DNA of 64,000 nt from Bigelowiella natans CCMP2755 (GCA_000320545.1 ADNK01001594.1:1-64000), one strand, 5' to 3'; shown: positions 9,543 to 22,559, numbered from the stretch's first letter. Notes: generated by a model from the sequence alone, not told the origin. A program made the numbers and translations.

Positions 9543-9550
9543 GGGGGAGG
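9543..9550 (+). promoter_or_regulatory. Polypurine tract (PPT)
   Basis: GGGGGAGG directly abuts the 3' LTR. A further purine-rich run lies at about 9506-9530. Confidence 0.85.
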
Positions 9551-9876
9551 TGTAGCGCGTACCACTACGCGGGCACAAGTCACGTGCGACAACAAAGGGG
9601 TTGTCGCGGATATAGAATATAGATAACGTAGATATTAATACAGCATAGGCACGTGGGTTCCGGCGGGACTCATGGCAGCACACCGGAAGTGTGCTGCCCC
9701 ACGTGCGGCGGCATTCGCGAAAGCTTCGCGAATGATTACGCAGTGCACGATTTAATAAAAATATAATCTTTAATAAAAATAAACACAACTCTTCAAAAGG
9801 AAGCAAACGTGCCTTTCCCCCCCCCTGCCTACTTGTGCACGTAGCGCCTCGGCCTGTGAACACCTTACGCGCAACA
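9551..9876 (+). repeat. 3' LTR
   Basis: 326-bp copy identical to 4161-4486, followed by TSD TCTC. Confidence 0.97.
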
Positions 9877-10340
9877 TCTCACTGCCGTGCTAGCGTGTGA
9901 CCAAGCAGCATTGCATGCACAAGCATGCACGCATCGTTGCACCGCAGCACTGCACTGCTAGACTTCAGACTGTCACTGCTGAACTGGCTAGCTCTGTTAT
10001 ACTGTGCTGCATGATGCAACTTTGTGCACGAGGTGACATGTGGACATGTCATGCATGGACACATAGCTAGATAGCTTGTCCCCACAATGATCTGCTGATC
10101 AACTGCTTCAGCTGCCAAAGTGATTTTCAAGTCCGAACAATGCACAAATCCAAATCATCAGTCTAGCAGTGTGAAGAAAGGAACGCACGTGCGCTGCCAC
10201 GACGATAGTGTGAAGCTGCACGTGCAACGACAATCGAATGTGCCACACATCTAGCCTGCAAATGCGTGCCATTGCAGCGCAGCAACTTTGTGCACGTGAA
10301 ATCACAAGTCTCAATTGTCATGACTCATCAGAATGTCAAG
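9877..10340. other. Right half of the palindrome-word-rich tract flanking the retrotransposon
   Basis: Dense GCTAG, TGCATGCA, GCACGTGC and CATG words. Ends just downstream of the stop at 10416. Confidence 0.65.
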
Positions 10341-10415
10341 CAGATCTAGAGATTTAGTAAACCCAATGTTGACATCTCCCTTTGCGAGCAAGCATTTAGC
10401 CGCAGCCTAAACTCA

Positions 10416-12064
10416 CTAAAGCTCGATTTCCACATGCTGGACAATGAAATTGTAGTGATTGTCAGGGGTATTTGGATGCGAGCTTCCAATGCAACACTGA
10501 GTCGACACCATCCACATGTCCTCGTCCCCCATCCAAGCAGGGGGGAAAACCTAATAAAAGACAAAAATAGTATCGATAATGCTTGTCGAAAGCGCTCCAC
10601 AGCTTCGAGGGAAAAGTACGAAATAGAAAAAGAAATAACCGGAGTATAAGCTCCCGAGGATCCATCATCCATTTCCCAGTCATCGTCGGTATAGAACACT
10701 GAAAAAGGTCCCCACGGATTTGGTGCTTCGATAAGGGACAACTGAGTGCGTTGATGTCCCGTACGGCCATTACGCTCATCCGGAGAGTGGTCAGGGCGAG
10801 GGTGACCTGTGAGAGATAGATACCAATTATCCTGTGAAAATATTTTCACGCGCCCCTTTTTCTTTAATTTCTACTATCAACGGCATATGTGATTCCCTTG
10901 TATCACTTCCCCTCTTTCTCTCTCCCTCTGGAGGTTGCAATATTAATCACCGTCGTAAGAGATCCACGCCCAGTTGCCGAAGATGAATCGATCCGTTTTA
11001 TTATGGAAATTGATCTGCTGCACGCTGGTCATTAGAGGAAAGTTCCACACCGGTACCTAATCAGATTGTATCTGGTAAGGTTGCATCTACATATCTGCTG
11101 CACTGCAGTGGTGAAAGAAGAGGAAGAGGACGAGGAAGGAAAAGAAGAACGTGATGGCGTGGCAGCGCAGTAGCACAAAAGAGTAGGAAGGATTTCAACG
11201 ACCGCAATCGAATCGTCAAGTGTCCATGCGGGCTCGCCATCTGGTTGCATTCCGTTGTAGAATTCGTATGAAGTTCGGTTGAGAAGCTGGTCTTTCTGCA
11301 CGCGTCCGAGCAGCATCATATCGTTGTTCTCAAAGAAAGCAGAGCTTCCGTAGGTGCATGGAAAATACACATACACCCAGCCTTCAGAGGGGCCATCCTA
11401 TCGTACATCACGAAGTGGCAGCATAGTAAAGTAGCGTACATTTGGGTATGGCAACATAGTGGATGGCAGTTTTAGCAGCAGTAGATGCTGAGTTTGAACC
11501 AGTAAATGTGTATTTGAATTTTTGAGTTTGGGAATACCATCATAGTTATTGCATGGTAGCACTACCTCGTAGTCTCTTCCATACTGCACAAATCGGGGAG
11601 CAGCTAGGCGACCTTCAAACATATTTTTTGCTGTGGCATTAAGATTCCATGTAGCACCGTTGTCCTCGGAGGATATGATCCAAGCTGGACCATATCGCTG
11701 CCTGTTGAAGTCATCGTCATCGCCGTAGTTGAAGCACGAAATAGCCCAGTACCTAATGAAATGGCAGTTTTGTGCGGAGATGAGGGTTGTGGCATCAATC
11801 GTTTCTATCGTGATACGACTACTAGTTAGTTTCTTACATGATTCCATCGATGCTGATAACCGAGGAGGATTTGATGTTAGGGATAGACATGTTGGAAGGG
11901 CCCCACTGCTCGCAGAACTCCAGGACCTCTTTCCCTTGAATCGGAATTGCGCTGCCCATCATTGTAATATTCTTGCACGATGGTGTCAGGCCTGTTTTTG
12001 AAAAAGAGTTATGACATTAAATAAGATAAGTAAAGTTGAAGCGTGTGCTCTTATTAAAATTTAT

Positions 12065-12124
<60 letters not shown>

Positions 12125-13181
12125 TGATTCCTTTCTTTTGCGTCTTGCTATAACTAGAGCCTTGACAACATGTAATCAAAGTGTTGTTCCGCATTATTAC
12201 TGGTGTGGACGTCTGGACAATCCAATTCTGTAGGCCCGCCTGTAATCTTAAAGAAGGATGCTGGCGATCCAATTGGATCGTCATGCTGATTATTATCACC
12301 TGCACCGGTGTACCTACATAAGAGGAGGACAAAAAGTGTTTGGTTTGTTGAAGATAAGGATCTTTCGCATCAGTGCATATGAACTTCAATAATTAACCAA
12401 CGTAATCTTTTCATTTCAAAGCATTACTGGTTGCCATCAGCTGCCCACGTCGTTGGAAATTCATCTCCATTTACCGCAAGGAGAAACTTTGGGTCCACCT
12501 TCGCAGATTTAATGGTGGCCGACTTAGGATATGGAGGAGGATTGGATGGGAGCTTTGATCGAACGCCAGTCCTCATAGCATGAGCGAATGAGGCATTTAG
12601 GGACTCTTTGGGGTCAATATCGTCACGGAATACACAACATGGCGACCCCTTGGGACAGCTGCGAATCATATGTGTTTTTCCACAGAAAAGGAGGGAAGTG
12701 AGGATTATCTCTGCTGCTGGCATTTCTCTCGGTTCCACATCTTCCTCAAGATATTTTATTATAATTTGCATTTATAACAATTCATAGTTACTATGTCTAA
12801 AGTTTACTTGCTACCTTGGGTCGCCTGCCGTCTCTCCATCTTCATGGAATTCGAAGGCCTCACAGGACCAGTCGTGGCAACATAGTTGTCCGCAGTCTTG
12901 TACATCGCTGCCCGACGGCATTTTGTTCCAGTAATAGCGTGATCCAGATTCCAATGAACGAGCCTGCCCCACCGGGTCTATTTTCAAACCCTGTAGTGAT
13001 TATATAGTCTCAATTGTGCGCCATGGCGATGTGGATGATGATATGACATGAAAGAAAAAGATGGAACAAGCCCTCTCACCTTCGGGCATCTCTTGTCAAA
13101 CTGGTATCGTGGATTCTGATTCGCTGCGTTACCCAGAAGCGGCAACAGGAGCAAGAAAGCGGTGGGCATAGTCTGCAGCAT
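10416..13181 (-). CDS. Secreted protein with Cys-rich (PAN/apple-like) N-terminal module and DUF4185-like beta-propeller (possible glycoside hydrolase); multi-exon
   Basis: Signal peptide MLQTMPTAFLLLLPLLGNA; CGQLCCHDWSCEAF and CPKGSPCCVF; spliced GDEFPTTWAADGNQYTGAGDN; SEDNGATW (Asp-box-like), FVQYGRDY, LLGRV, YEFYNG..PAW, EAPNPWGPF, YTPV/FPPAW. Last exon ends YNFIVQHVEIEL* (TAG at 10416-10418). Confidence 0.7.
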
Positions 13182-14089
13182 GGTTTGGAGGGTGTTCGTT
13201 CTTGTTGTTGTTCTTCCTCCCCCTTGTCCTCCTGCTGCTGGTAGAATAATGAATGAACTCCGCTTGGTGGTACTACTACTACTACTACTTACTACCTTCT
13301 TTATACTACAACAGTTTCAACAACAATGATGATAATGAATGAATGATGATAACAATTTTAAGGCTTATGATGCTTCCGTTCTGATTCACGTTTTGATGGA
13401 AATTACCACAATTTTGTCAAAGATTATGGTTGTTTCATTTGTCGTACTTATTAATCTCATTTCCATCTTACTTGCGTCGGTTGGAGAGTTGGAGAAAAGC
13501 CGAACAATCAATAATCCCTTGCACATGCAGGCTAATTCTTGTCGAAATCTGGAAATCATCAGGTAATCTTTGATGATGACAAAATGACCGAACGTGCATC
13601 CACATGTTCTGGTGAATGCAAAGTAACGGCCCTACATACCCCACCCATGAGTTTTCTCGTCGTTTGGTGCTCACAAGCTACAAGACCGAGCTTTCGTTGA
13701 GCAGTGGCGAGTGGACTTGTGGACAAACTGAGCACCTTTGATTCTTCCGCCGCACCTTGGAAACCCTTGTTCGCTCACTCCACCTAGCCACCACTGTGCA
13801 ACTAGTGGCCCTCATCAAGGAACGGCTGGCCGTCCAGTTTTTGGGGAGATCAGGCTTTCATTTCATTTTCTCTCAACTTCCATCACGAATGAGAAACCAC
13901 CCTGCATTGTGGACTGACAGCAGTAGCAGCAGCAGCAGCAGCACTGCAAGCACTAGCAGTGAAGGGACAAGCATTTCCCCTGCAGAAGGAAAGAGAAGGA
14001 CGAGCGAACGAACAAGTTGTCGACTTATCATTCCATTCTCCTCAGGGATTGCAAGTTGCTGATTGCTGATGTCACCAACAACCAATCAA

Positions 14090-14650
14090 AACAGCAAGAA
14101 TGATCGATTCGCCAAACGCTTGCACGCAATGCCACAAGCGACGCGACCATGGGGCGGTGGCGGATGACAGCGTGGTGGCTTTGCACGCGATGCCATTTCT
14201 GTGCACCATAGCACGGCAGTGAAATGTGAGAGGAATTCACGACACGCATGCACGATGTGATGCAGCAGCCTCATCTGATCCTTGGCGAGCTAGCATCTAG
14301 CACAGTGCAGACACAAACGAATGTGAAGGCCTTGAGGTGTCGGAAACCATTTTCGATGTAGACCGCGCACAGCGTACTAGCGTAGCTCTGTAGCACACAC
14401 GCATTGCGTGCATGGCATTCGGTTTGTTACTACTGCACAGTGTGCACATCATTAAACATCTATCATCACTGTGTGTTGCACATTCGATGCAGCCGGTGTT
14501 GTATTTGTCTGTGCTAGCAGCAGGCCATTGATTCCTCAAAGTTATCACACACGTTGAATGTTCTGTCACATCGCAGCAGACGAGCCTGTAAACTACCACG
14601 CCTGCAAGAAGCGTGCAACAGATACAGCCACATACTGCCTACGTTATGGC
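14090..14650. other. Palindrome-word-rich intergenic tract
   Basis: Dense TGCA, GCATG, GCTAGC, CTAG words downstream of the ARL6IP4-like 3' end. Confidence 0.6.
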
Positions 14651-14988
14651 CAAGCGAATTTACATTTTCATTTTTTTAAGTGGGGACAAATTCAAGTGCA
14701 TCTTCAGGCTTCCTCGTGTCTTAGTGCTTGCCGGAGTGACTACTTGCTTATCGACCATGACTCAATGCAAGGCTGGCATTTAGTTTCGATCATCTTCACT
14801 TGTATCCAAACCAGGGATGCTCACTAGGAAACTGTTTCGAAACAAATTAGGTAAAGAAACAGAAAGTTCAAGATGAAGAAACTAATATCGTCCGTTCTAT
14901 ATCACTGAAAAGGAACTATATCTACCGTCTATGTTATGTATCGAAGACGGGATTTTATTATCACATATTTTCTTAGATTGACCCTCAC

Positions 14989-16240
14989 TTAATCTCCGTT
15001 CTCTTTGTCTCTATAAAGACATGCACGACAAAATCTTACAAATGACACCATAACCTTGTGCTTGCCTGTATATTGACTTGGTCTTATGTATCTAGACTTT
15101 TGAAGGATGAGTTCTCGTTGCTTATCTTTACTAACACACTCCTCCACAATTTCTCCATTTAAGCGTTGCAGTCGATGTCTTATATAGGAAATATATGCAA
15201 GCGCAATAAATACGCAATGATACATTCTCTGTGACATGAAAATATCCCAAATTGGATCTTCTCAGAATGATAACATATAGCTATGTATGAATATTATACG
15301 TGTTGGGGGGGGGGGGAGGTTGGAGAGTAGGTGGATGCGCTATTATCCTGCTAGTGGCTTTACACTTCTTTTCTTTCTTCTTATATTTGATTCTTACACT
15401 CCTAAGTCGGGATCCCACACTCTGCGAATCTTCTTCCCGTCTTCTTCTATGCGCTTGGCCTATAGTTTGTGGCAACATCACAATTATGTATCTCCAAAAA
15501 ATATATGCGATGAATAAAAATACCTCTTCCGGACGCATGGCGCCAAACACTCGCTTCTTAACCTTCTTTATAATTGGTGCTTCAGGAATTGCAGGCTCCT
15601 TGTTCGTCTGAGCCTCTTTGATGTCGGACGATTGTGCAATCTGCCCTCTTGTCACGCGATCTTTCGGCAATATTTCAGTTGCCGTCGATGTATATGGCTC
15701 CAACTGCGATCATGGGCGTATGACACGAGAATATTCAATATGAACTGGTATGATTCACTGTATGACACGAGAATATTCCATATGAACTGGTGTGATTCAC
15801 TGTACTACATTTGGAGTACATGCTCCACTTGCTTATAAGTTATTTACATGTTGACGCCGATCACCGCAGGCTTCGGATATACTCCTCTTCCTCTTTTTCT
15901 TCTTTCTCTTTTCCTGCGGAATTTGCTTATTGATTCTCGCAGAAGCACTTTTTGCATTTTTGTACAATGAACACACCTTTTGCTTCTTCTTTTCTTTCTT
16001 CAACTTTGCTTTTTTTTTCTTCTCCTTTTTCTTTTTTTTCTTTTTGCTCTTTTTCTTCTTCTGGAGTTTGCGCACGTCCTTCTCTATGTCCGAGGATGAG
16101 GCATCATCGCTAAATAACAACATAGCAACAGAAGAACATGTAAGTAACTACGACTACATTTAATTTTTTTAGTCCACCTATACGACGCACATAACATGCT
16201 CGCATACGCGCGTGCGCGCACAGACACACAAACACACATA

Positions 16241-16304
<64 letters not shown>

Positions 16305-16407
16305 TAGCGGAAATATAGGCCCACGCTCCCGCACATTTCTCTCCATCAGACACACTACGTGTAACCATGTATTGATACCTGCTGTCGCTATCGTCGTCGT
16401 CGCTCAT
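14989..16407 (-). CDS. ARL6IP4: ARL6IP4 / SR-25 family nuclear protein; multi-exon
   Basis: Acidic start MSDDDDSDS and a Lys-rich tract. Spliced C-terminus GAMRPEE/AKRIEEDGKKIRRVWDPDLG/..RHRLQRLNGEIVEECVSKDKQRELI matches the SR-25 pattern [37 protein letters not shown]. Exact final exon uncertain. Confidence 0.75.
15718..15804. repeat. Intronic tandem duplication, 2 x 42 bp
   Basis: GTATGACACGAGAATATTC(A/C)ATATGAACTGGT(A/G)TGATTCACT repeated twice with 2 mismatches. Confidence 0.9.
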
Positions 16408-17055
16408 GTGGCGAAGCAGTTCTCTCAGAAATGAAAAGTTTACAAGCTCCCTAGTAGAACAACAGGATAACGACGCTTCTGCTCGCGATGGTGGTAGCTA
16501 GACAATGTTGAAGTCGCCCCTGTTCTGTCATAGCCGATTATTGTTGTGAATGTTGTCATGATGGTCGGTGTTTTTCGAATATTTTTTACGATTGTTGTGG
16601 TTATTATTTTTGCCATGATTCGATCGCGTCCATAAGGTTATTTTGTTTTTGCCTAGATTTTGGATTCCTTGATCATTTTTTGTCAGGATGGTATCTTTTT
16701 AGGATCTATTTTTTGTTTGCGACAAAAAAAAGAAAGCAAATTCTCTCAAAAAAGGCTACTTGCATGATGGTCATGGTTACGACAGACTGACTGACTGCTC
16801 GACCCACATTTCACTGGCATCTCTCTCGGCGAGAGGAGGTGCGCAAACCCCGCTGCACTCCCACGAGCTAGAATTTGTCAACAAGGCGGGAAGGGAGAAG
16901 AGGAGGAAAGGAATGCTGTTCAATATGCAGATTTGTATTTTTTTACGTGCATGGTGCCATTGCCTCATCCTTCTCCTTATTTTCCCTATTTGCTTACTCT
17001 AGACTTACAAAAGCTGGATCGCCCTGTGGCGCCCTTTTGAAATTTCGTCGCGCCG

Positions 17056-17496
17056 ATGTCCTCCGCAGACAACAGACCTGAACCATCCGAGTTCCACAGA
17101 CTCGATGATGATGAGGAAAAGTATTCAACCCTTTTCGTTTCTAGATAGGAAAAACTCGGGGTTAATCGAATTTTAAAGCAAATGTCACTTTTATGTGCAG
17201 CCTAATAGACCGTGGTCGACTCCGAAATGCATTATCATATTAATCTTCTTTATCCCTCCTCCTCCTCCTTCCACATTAAATTAGGGTTGAGTACGAAAAG
17301 GACCAGAAGCTGACGAACTGTGGGGTGCTGAACTTAAATAAAGAGGACCACACGCTGGGGAACTTCATGCGAGCGTATTACCACAAAATTATTATGACCA
17401 ACCCATATCACATTTGATTTAATTTAAAAGAAATGACAACATATGATTGATTAAGCTAAGCATTCATCAATTTTGCACCAAAACTTCTTCTATATA

Positions 17497-17532
<36 letters not shown>

Positions 17533-18003
17533 TGATATACACACACACACACACATATTTGTGGCAGGCACTTGCTAATGGACAAAAGAGTATTATTCGC
17601 CGGGTACCGGATCCCCCACCCTTTGACACCACTAGTTCGCCTGAAGGTAAGCATGCGTTTCAAGTTAAAGTTATCCTCCCTACAATATCTTCTCACACTC
17701 TTCCCTTCTTTTCGTCTCAGGTGCGCACAACAGCAGAAACAAGCCCTCTTGGAGCTATAAATGATGCGATTAAGAATGCCGTTAATGAGGTCGACAAGAT
17801 TGAAAACGTAAGTGAACTTTCGGAACGAATTTTGCATATTTTATCTTCTTTGTTTTCAGATCATAATCAGCTGCTTTTTCCTTGCCTGTTCTCAACAGAG
17901 TTTTACTAAAGCACTTGAGGAGTTTGAAAGCCAGAACGTCAGAACGGAAGAGAATTACGGTGATCTTATGGTCACCGACAGCAAGGATGATGCTGGTTTC
18001 TAG
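17056..18003 (+). CDS. RPB11: RNA polymerase II subunit RPB11; 5 exons
   Basis: Spliced product MSSADNRPEPSEFHRLDDDEEK/VEYEKDQKLTNCGVLNLNKEDHTLGNFMRA/HLLMDKRVLFAGYRIPHPLTPLVRLK/VRTTAETSPLGAINDAI.., with the EDHTLGN and VLFAGY.IPHPL signatures. Confidence 0.92.
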
Positions 18004-18129
18004 ACTTCTAAATAACACACATTAATTTAAGGAAATTCTGGATTCGGTGTAGGAGCTAGACCATCATTTTAATGACTAAGGCTTGGCAAAATGCATTATC
18101 TCGTTATATTCGTCTGACTTTAGACATAG

Positions 18130-18700
18130 TTTATGCCATAGTTATGTACATATACATGCATGTAATGTGACACTGCGCTTCGTGCATGCTATGCACACTT
18201 CTAGACTTCGACATTCGTTCGCCAGCATGCATAGAATGCGATGCTTCAAACAAAGCTAGAAAGTGCAAATAAATTAGCAAGCTGACTGCGCAGCACTGCT
18301 AGACTGCCCTCACATTTTATGCTTGCCGCAGGATGCATTGCCTGCGTACAGCATCATGATGAACGTAGCGACACGTACGTCAATTAAAGTAACTCACGTC
18401 GCATATTGAACGCTGCGATCAGCTATAAATATGAAACGGGTATACGGGTGTAATGAACACTAAATATATTAGTATACTAAATTTCTAGAAATGTTCATCC
18501 TAATGTAGCTGTGCAAAGCTGCGGCTACAGCGCTCAGCTAAATATGCGCAGGGCATGATGTGTATTGCTACTTTATTAGCGCTTCGAAAGCAAACTGATA
18601 GCGATCAATTTTTGACCTTATTGACTCATGCACCACTTGCTCAACTCAAGCAATCTAGAGCGTTGGAGTTGGTCGAGCTTTACGTACATCAGCAAAATGC
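18130..18700. other. Palindrome-word-rich intergenic tract
   Basis: TGCATG, GCTAG, TGCGCA, AGCT-rich sequence between the convergent ends at 18003 and 18752. Confidence 0.6.
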
Positions 18701-18751
18701 TATTCTTTCGAGAAAATGAGTTATTCTCAAGCCTACGAGAAGCTGGGAGTC

Positions 18752-20579
18752 TTAGTCATCGCCGTCGCCGTCATCATCTTTATCATCGTCCAAATGGGAC
18801 TGATCAAAGCTTCCATCGGGGTTTATCTTTGGAGTACCCTCTTCAAAATAATTAATAGAAATACCAATCAGTCGTAGTGGAAGAGGCTGAGTCCCATGCT
18901 CATCAAGCATTGGACCCAGCTCGAAGTAATTCGGCCATTTTAAAACCATAGGCTTGCTATCCCAATCTGACCCGATTTTATAACCAGCACCTGTACGTAC
19001 GTCTCCTAGCATTTGTGCATAGAGTTTACGGTTGGCGTACACCGTGACCTCCACGTGGCGTATCATGGACTTTGTCTCCCATAACTCTGTCTCACTTATA
19101 CTCAACAGCTCTTTGAGTCTGCTCTCGTCCGTAATCTTAACCGGTTTGCCCTCCCCCTTTCCTCCTTTTTGGTATTGTAGAAATTGTACATTATCCAGTG
19201 TCCAGAAGCCCCTCCCCATGGACACCTCTGATGCTGTAGCGGAGCATGTCTTGCCATCTTCACTAACATCACCGACATGAACTTTGAACGTTATACAAGC
19301 ACCACCTTTTTCGGAGAGAATTCGAACAAATGAACCGGGTGGAACGACATCTCGGGCCGCTAAAGAAGCCATTTCATCCAATGGAAACATGGCAGGAGCA
19401 AGATCTCGTGGAGAAATTATTATGTCTAATGTCTTCCTTACGTTTCCATTCCCCAACTTGCACTCTCTGACGAGCACTTCCAAGCTGAGTTTCTCTACTA
19501 CATGTTTCACAGGAGTCGTGTTACGAATCTCTCGGAGTTTTTCCTTCATTTCTGGCTCCCAAAGAAAGGAATTTCGCGTGGGACAGGACACTAAATCTGG
19601 ATTTGACTTTCGTAGTAATTCAGTAAGTCTGCGGATTTGAATTCCGGTAGTCACCTGCAAACATATTCTGTATTTTAGTTTATGCTGTGCTGGTGGGGCA
19701 AGGGATTTAAAAGGTATCTGCTATAGATTCGCCTGCAGACAGTACCTCAAATGGCAACATAGAACATAATACAGTAGCATCACTAGTGATAGTGCAAACA
19801 CCTTGTTCTCAGCTGGTTGCAGCATGTAAACGGCAACGAATTTATTCGGCCAGCCATTGCTATGTTTTCGCTTCTTCGATGAAGAGGAAGAAGAAGTGGA
19901 GGTGGATTCTGCTGTCTCTTGTTTCCCCTCTCCCTTCAGGAACAGCTCTGGAGCAGTTAATGCCCCACTCTAACCCCCCTGTATTAGCGGATGATCCCAT
20001 TTCCATCCCATTACCTGTGCCGTCTCAAACACCCTGATGGGTCTGGGGAGCTTCCGGGGTCGATTGCATGAGATAGAATGAGCTAAATACAGATGTAATC
20101 TCATCCGTCAGCAGGATGTCTCCATCTCGAAAGGATAGTGCACTTTGTCTATCGGCTGTAACAGCTAAATCCCCCTCCCTGCCGCTTCTGCCAGTCCGAT
20201 ATGGGCTATCCTTAGCAAAGACGTCGGTGTTCGGTGTGAGACGGAGCACGTATTCCAATCCGAAGAACACAGCCAGACCATAGCTTACAATGACAGTGCA
20301 TGATGTGAATGCTTTCTTTGCCGTACACGGGGCCGCACAACTCGTAGAGTCCTTTGAGTTGGCACGGTTTACGCGCTCTGTGAGAGGTTGTGAAATTGGG
20401 ACACCTTCTACCACAAAGTAAGTTAGTGTTCCTTTTCCCGCACCAGGGGTCGACGTTGGTGGAGTAGAATGAATCTGGGCGATATCGATTTTAAAAGCTG
20501 CTGCAAGATGGGTGGCAAAGTTGAGCCTCCGCTGAATCTCTGCCTGGTCAGTGGGCATGCTCAGTGGTGACGCTCCCAT
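18752..20579 (-). CDS. Hypothetical protein; multi-exon with a large terminal exon (about 18752-19655)
   Basis: Complex-composition ORFs 20025-20579 and 18752-19660, with a linking exon (..SSKKRKHSNGWPNKFVAVYMLQPAENK then GT donor near 19801). No family recognised; start uncertain. Confidence 0.55.
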
Positions 20580-21031
20580 TGCCAGATGTTTTGTTCATGC
20601 GCCACGAGCGAGGAAACGCTATGTTGTATCGTGTCGATGATGATGAGGATGATGCTGAAGATGATAGTCTGTGGATGATCGGTTCTATGAATGAATGAAC
20701 AAAGGAAGTCACGAATGAACGAATCATCGGGTCGGAAGAGCACACATGATGCCTTCGATCCGATCCTACTGTACCTCAGTAATAAATCTAGCAAGGATAA
20801 CAGGTTGTCGCAGCATATTTATCCACGACGATGCTCACGATATTTGTGCATCCATATTATTTTAATTATTATTTCGGCCGCTGCAACAACTGGTCACATC
20901 TCGATGCTAGATTTATTACAATGAAGATAAAGCGAGGAGGAGAAGAAGAGAATCCAAACTCAGCTTGCTTTTAATGACACAACCACCAACAGGAAGAAGA
21001 GGAGAAGAAAGAGTAGAAGGAAGGGAGTGAC

Positions 21032-22294
21032 ATGGCATCCCTCCTATCCAATACCACAATCCAAGATGATGACGATAGTTACGAAGATGATGACTTTGAA
21101 GAGTATGATACCAAAGATCGAGGAGCAGCGCCTACTTTAAATAAAACCAGTGCTACTGCTTCTACTGCCGATGAGAATGCAGCGAAAGCTGATCTCAGCA
21201 AAGCGAACGATAAAAAGAAGATCCACCTTCTCGAACAGAAAATTAAAGGTCTTGAATGTGTTGAAATCGAAATGATGATAATTTAATTTAAAATGCGGAT
21301 CCATAATCCTTTTGTTTTAGATTTTGAAGCGAAGTTGAGCGATGTCACGATGCAACTCCGTAGATCCAGAGTAAAAGGCCGCCGCAATAACTCCAAACAA
21401 AACAAGGACGTCCCAAGCTTTCAACCACAAACCTTAGTATCCCCCACTGAGTGCAGCAGCAGCGTCCGTGAGATTCGTTATTCAGACGTTGAAATAGAGG
21501 AACGAGTTTCCGGCGGAGGATTCAGCATTGTTTACAAAGCCAATTGGATGTCTTTAGCCGTCGCTGTCAAACGAATATTCGATCCAAACATTACCAAAGA
21601 ACTGATGGACGAATTCCGAAATGAGGTATCGATGTTGTCCCGGTTTCGACACCCGAACATTGTCCAGATACTTGCCACAGTTTCCACGCCTCCGAATCTC
21701 TGTGTAGTGTGTGAATGGATGGCACGAGGTTCCCTGCATCATGTTCTACATGCAAGCAAAGTTAAATTATCTGAAGCAAGGTCAAGGTCCCTCGCAATAC
21801 AAGCCTCTTTGGCCCTCCACTTTATTCACACCGAGAACGTAGTGCATAGAGACATAAAACCTATGAATTTTCTCGTGGATGAGCACCTCCGTTTAAAACT
21901 TGGTGATTTTGGCTTCGCTAAGAAAATCAATAGTGTGCAAAACAATAAAAATGGTGAATTGAAAAACAAAACGACGATAATCGGAAGTCCACCATATATG
22001 GCCCCGGAACTGTGGATGGGAGAAATTGCCAGCAAGAAAAGTGACGTCTATGCTCTTGGAATCGTCTTATGGGAGATATTTACTCGCGGGTTGCCATTTT
22101 GTGGGATGGATCCGAAAGAAATTCGCCAGAGGGTTCTGAAAGGAACTCGGCCAAGTATCAATCCGCATGATGAGGAGCAACCGATGCACTATGGCACACA
22201 AGCTGGAGACTTGATCCAGCGTTGTTGGAAGGAGGAAAAATTTGACCGGCCCTCTTCAAAGGAAGTTTTAGGTGTGATGCAGAAATTTAGGTGA
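21032..22294 (+). CDS. TKL-group (Raf/MLK-like) protein kinase; one intron at about 21249-21320
   Basis: SGGGFSIVYKA, VAVK, EFRNEVSML, RHPNIV, HRDIKPMN, DFG, GSPPYMAPE, SDVYALG, CW..RP. Short coiled-coil N-terminus. Confidence 0.92.
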
Positions 22295-22490
22295 TCGCAA
22301 GTCGAAGTATAGGTCGTAGGCAATGTTAATAATAAATAGCTACATTAGGATGACCATTGAAAATAATTATTTTATTCATTAAATCCGTCTACTAATATAT
22401 ACTGCATAAACGACGTTGTATATATATATTTAGAAGACGTATAGTGCTGGACACATAAACGATACATGTATATATGTCTACACATGCACG

Positions 22491-22527
<37 letters not shown>

Positions 22528-22559
22528 TTGGATAAGAACCGTTGGTTCAATAATGTTCT

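Larger units (their letters stand above)
4161..9876 (+). mobile_element. Full-length Ty3/gypsy (Metaviridae) LTR retrotransposon, 5716 bp
   Basis: Two identical 326-bp LTRs (TG..CA), TCTC target-site duplication at 4157-4160 and 9877-9880, PBS, PPT, and one ORF in the gypsy order Gag-PR-RT-RH-IN. Confidence 0.97.

Noticed and set aside
4081-9863. Minus-strand ORFs 4081-4503 and 9504-9863 with the same peptide, and other short ORFs overlapping the element
   Set aside because: They are the two LTR copies read antisense or shadows of the polyprotein. No motifs, non-ATG starts.
13339-14085. Possible small gene (ORFs 13757-14062 + and 13873-14085 -, Leu-rich pseudo-signal)
   Set aside because: The Leu/Ser run comes from a (CAG)n repeat and I could not build a consistent spliced frame. 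An unrecognised gene here cannot be excluded.
15718-15804. Short direct repeats as a CRISPR-like array (also 28754-28885, 35946-36050, 63812-63880)
   Set aside because: Two-copy tandem duplications without unique spacers, in eukaryotic introns or flanks.
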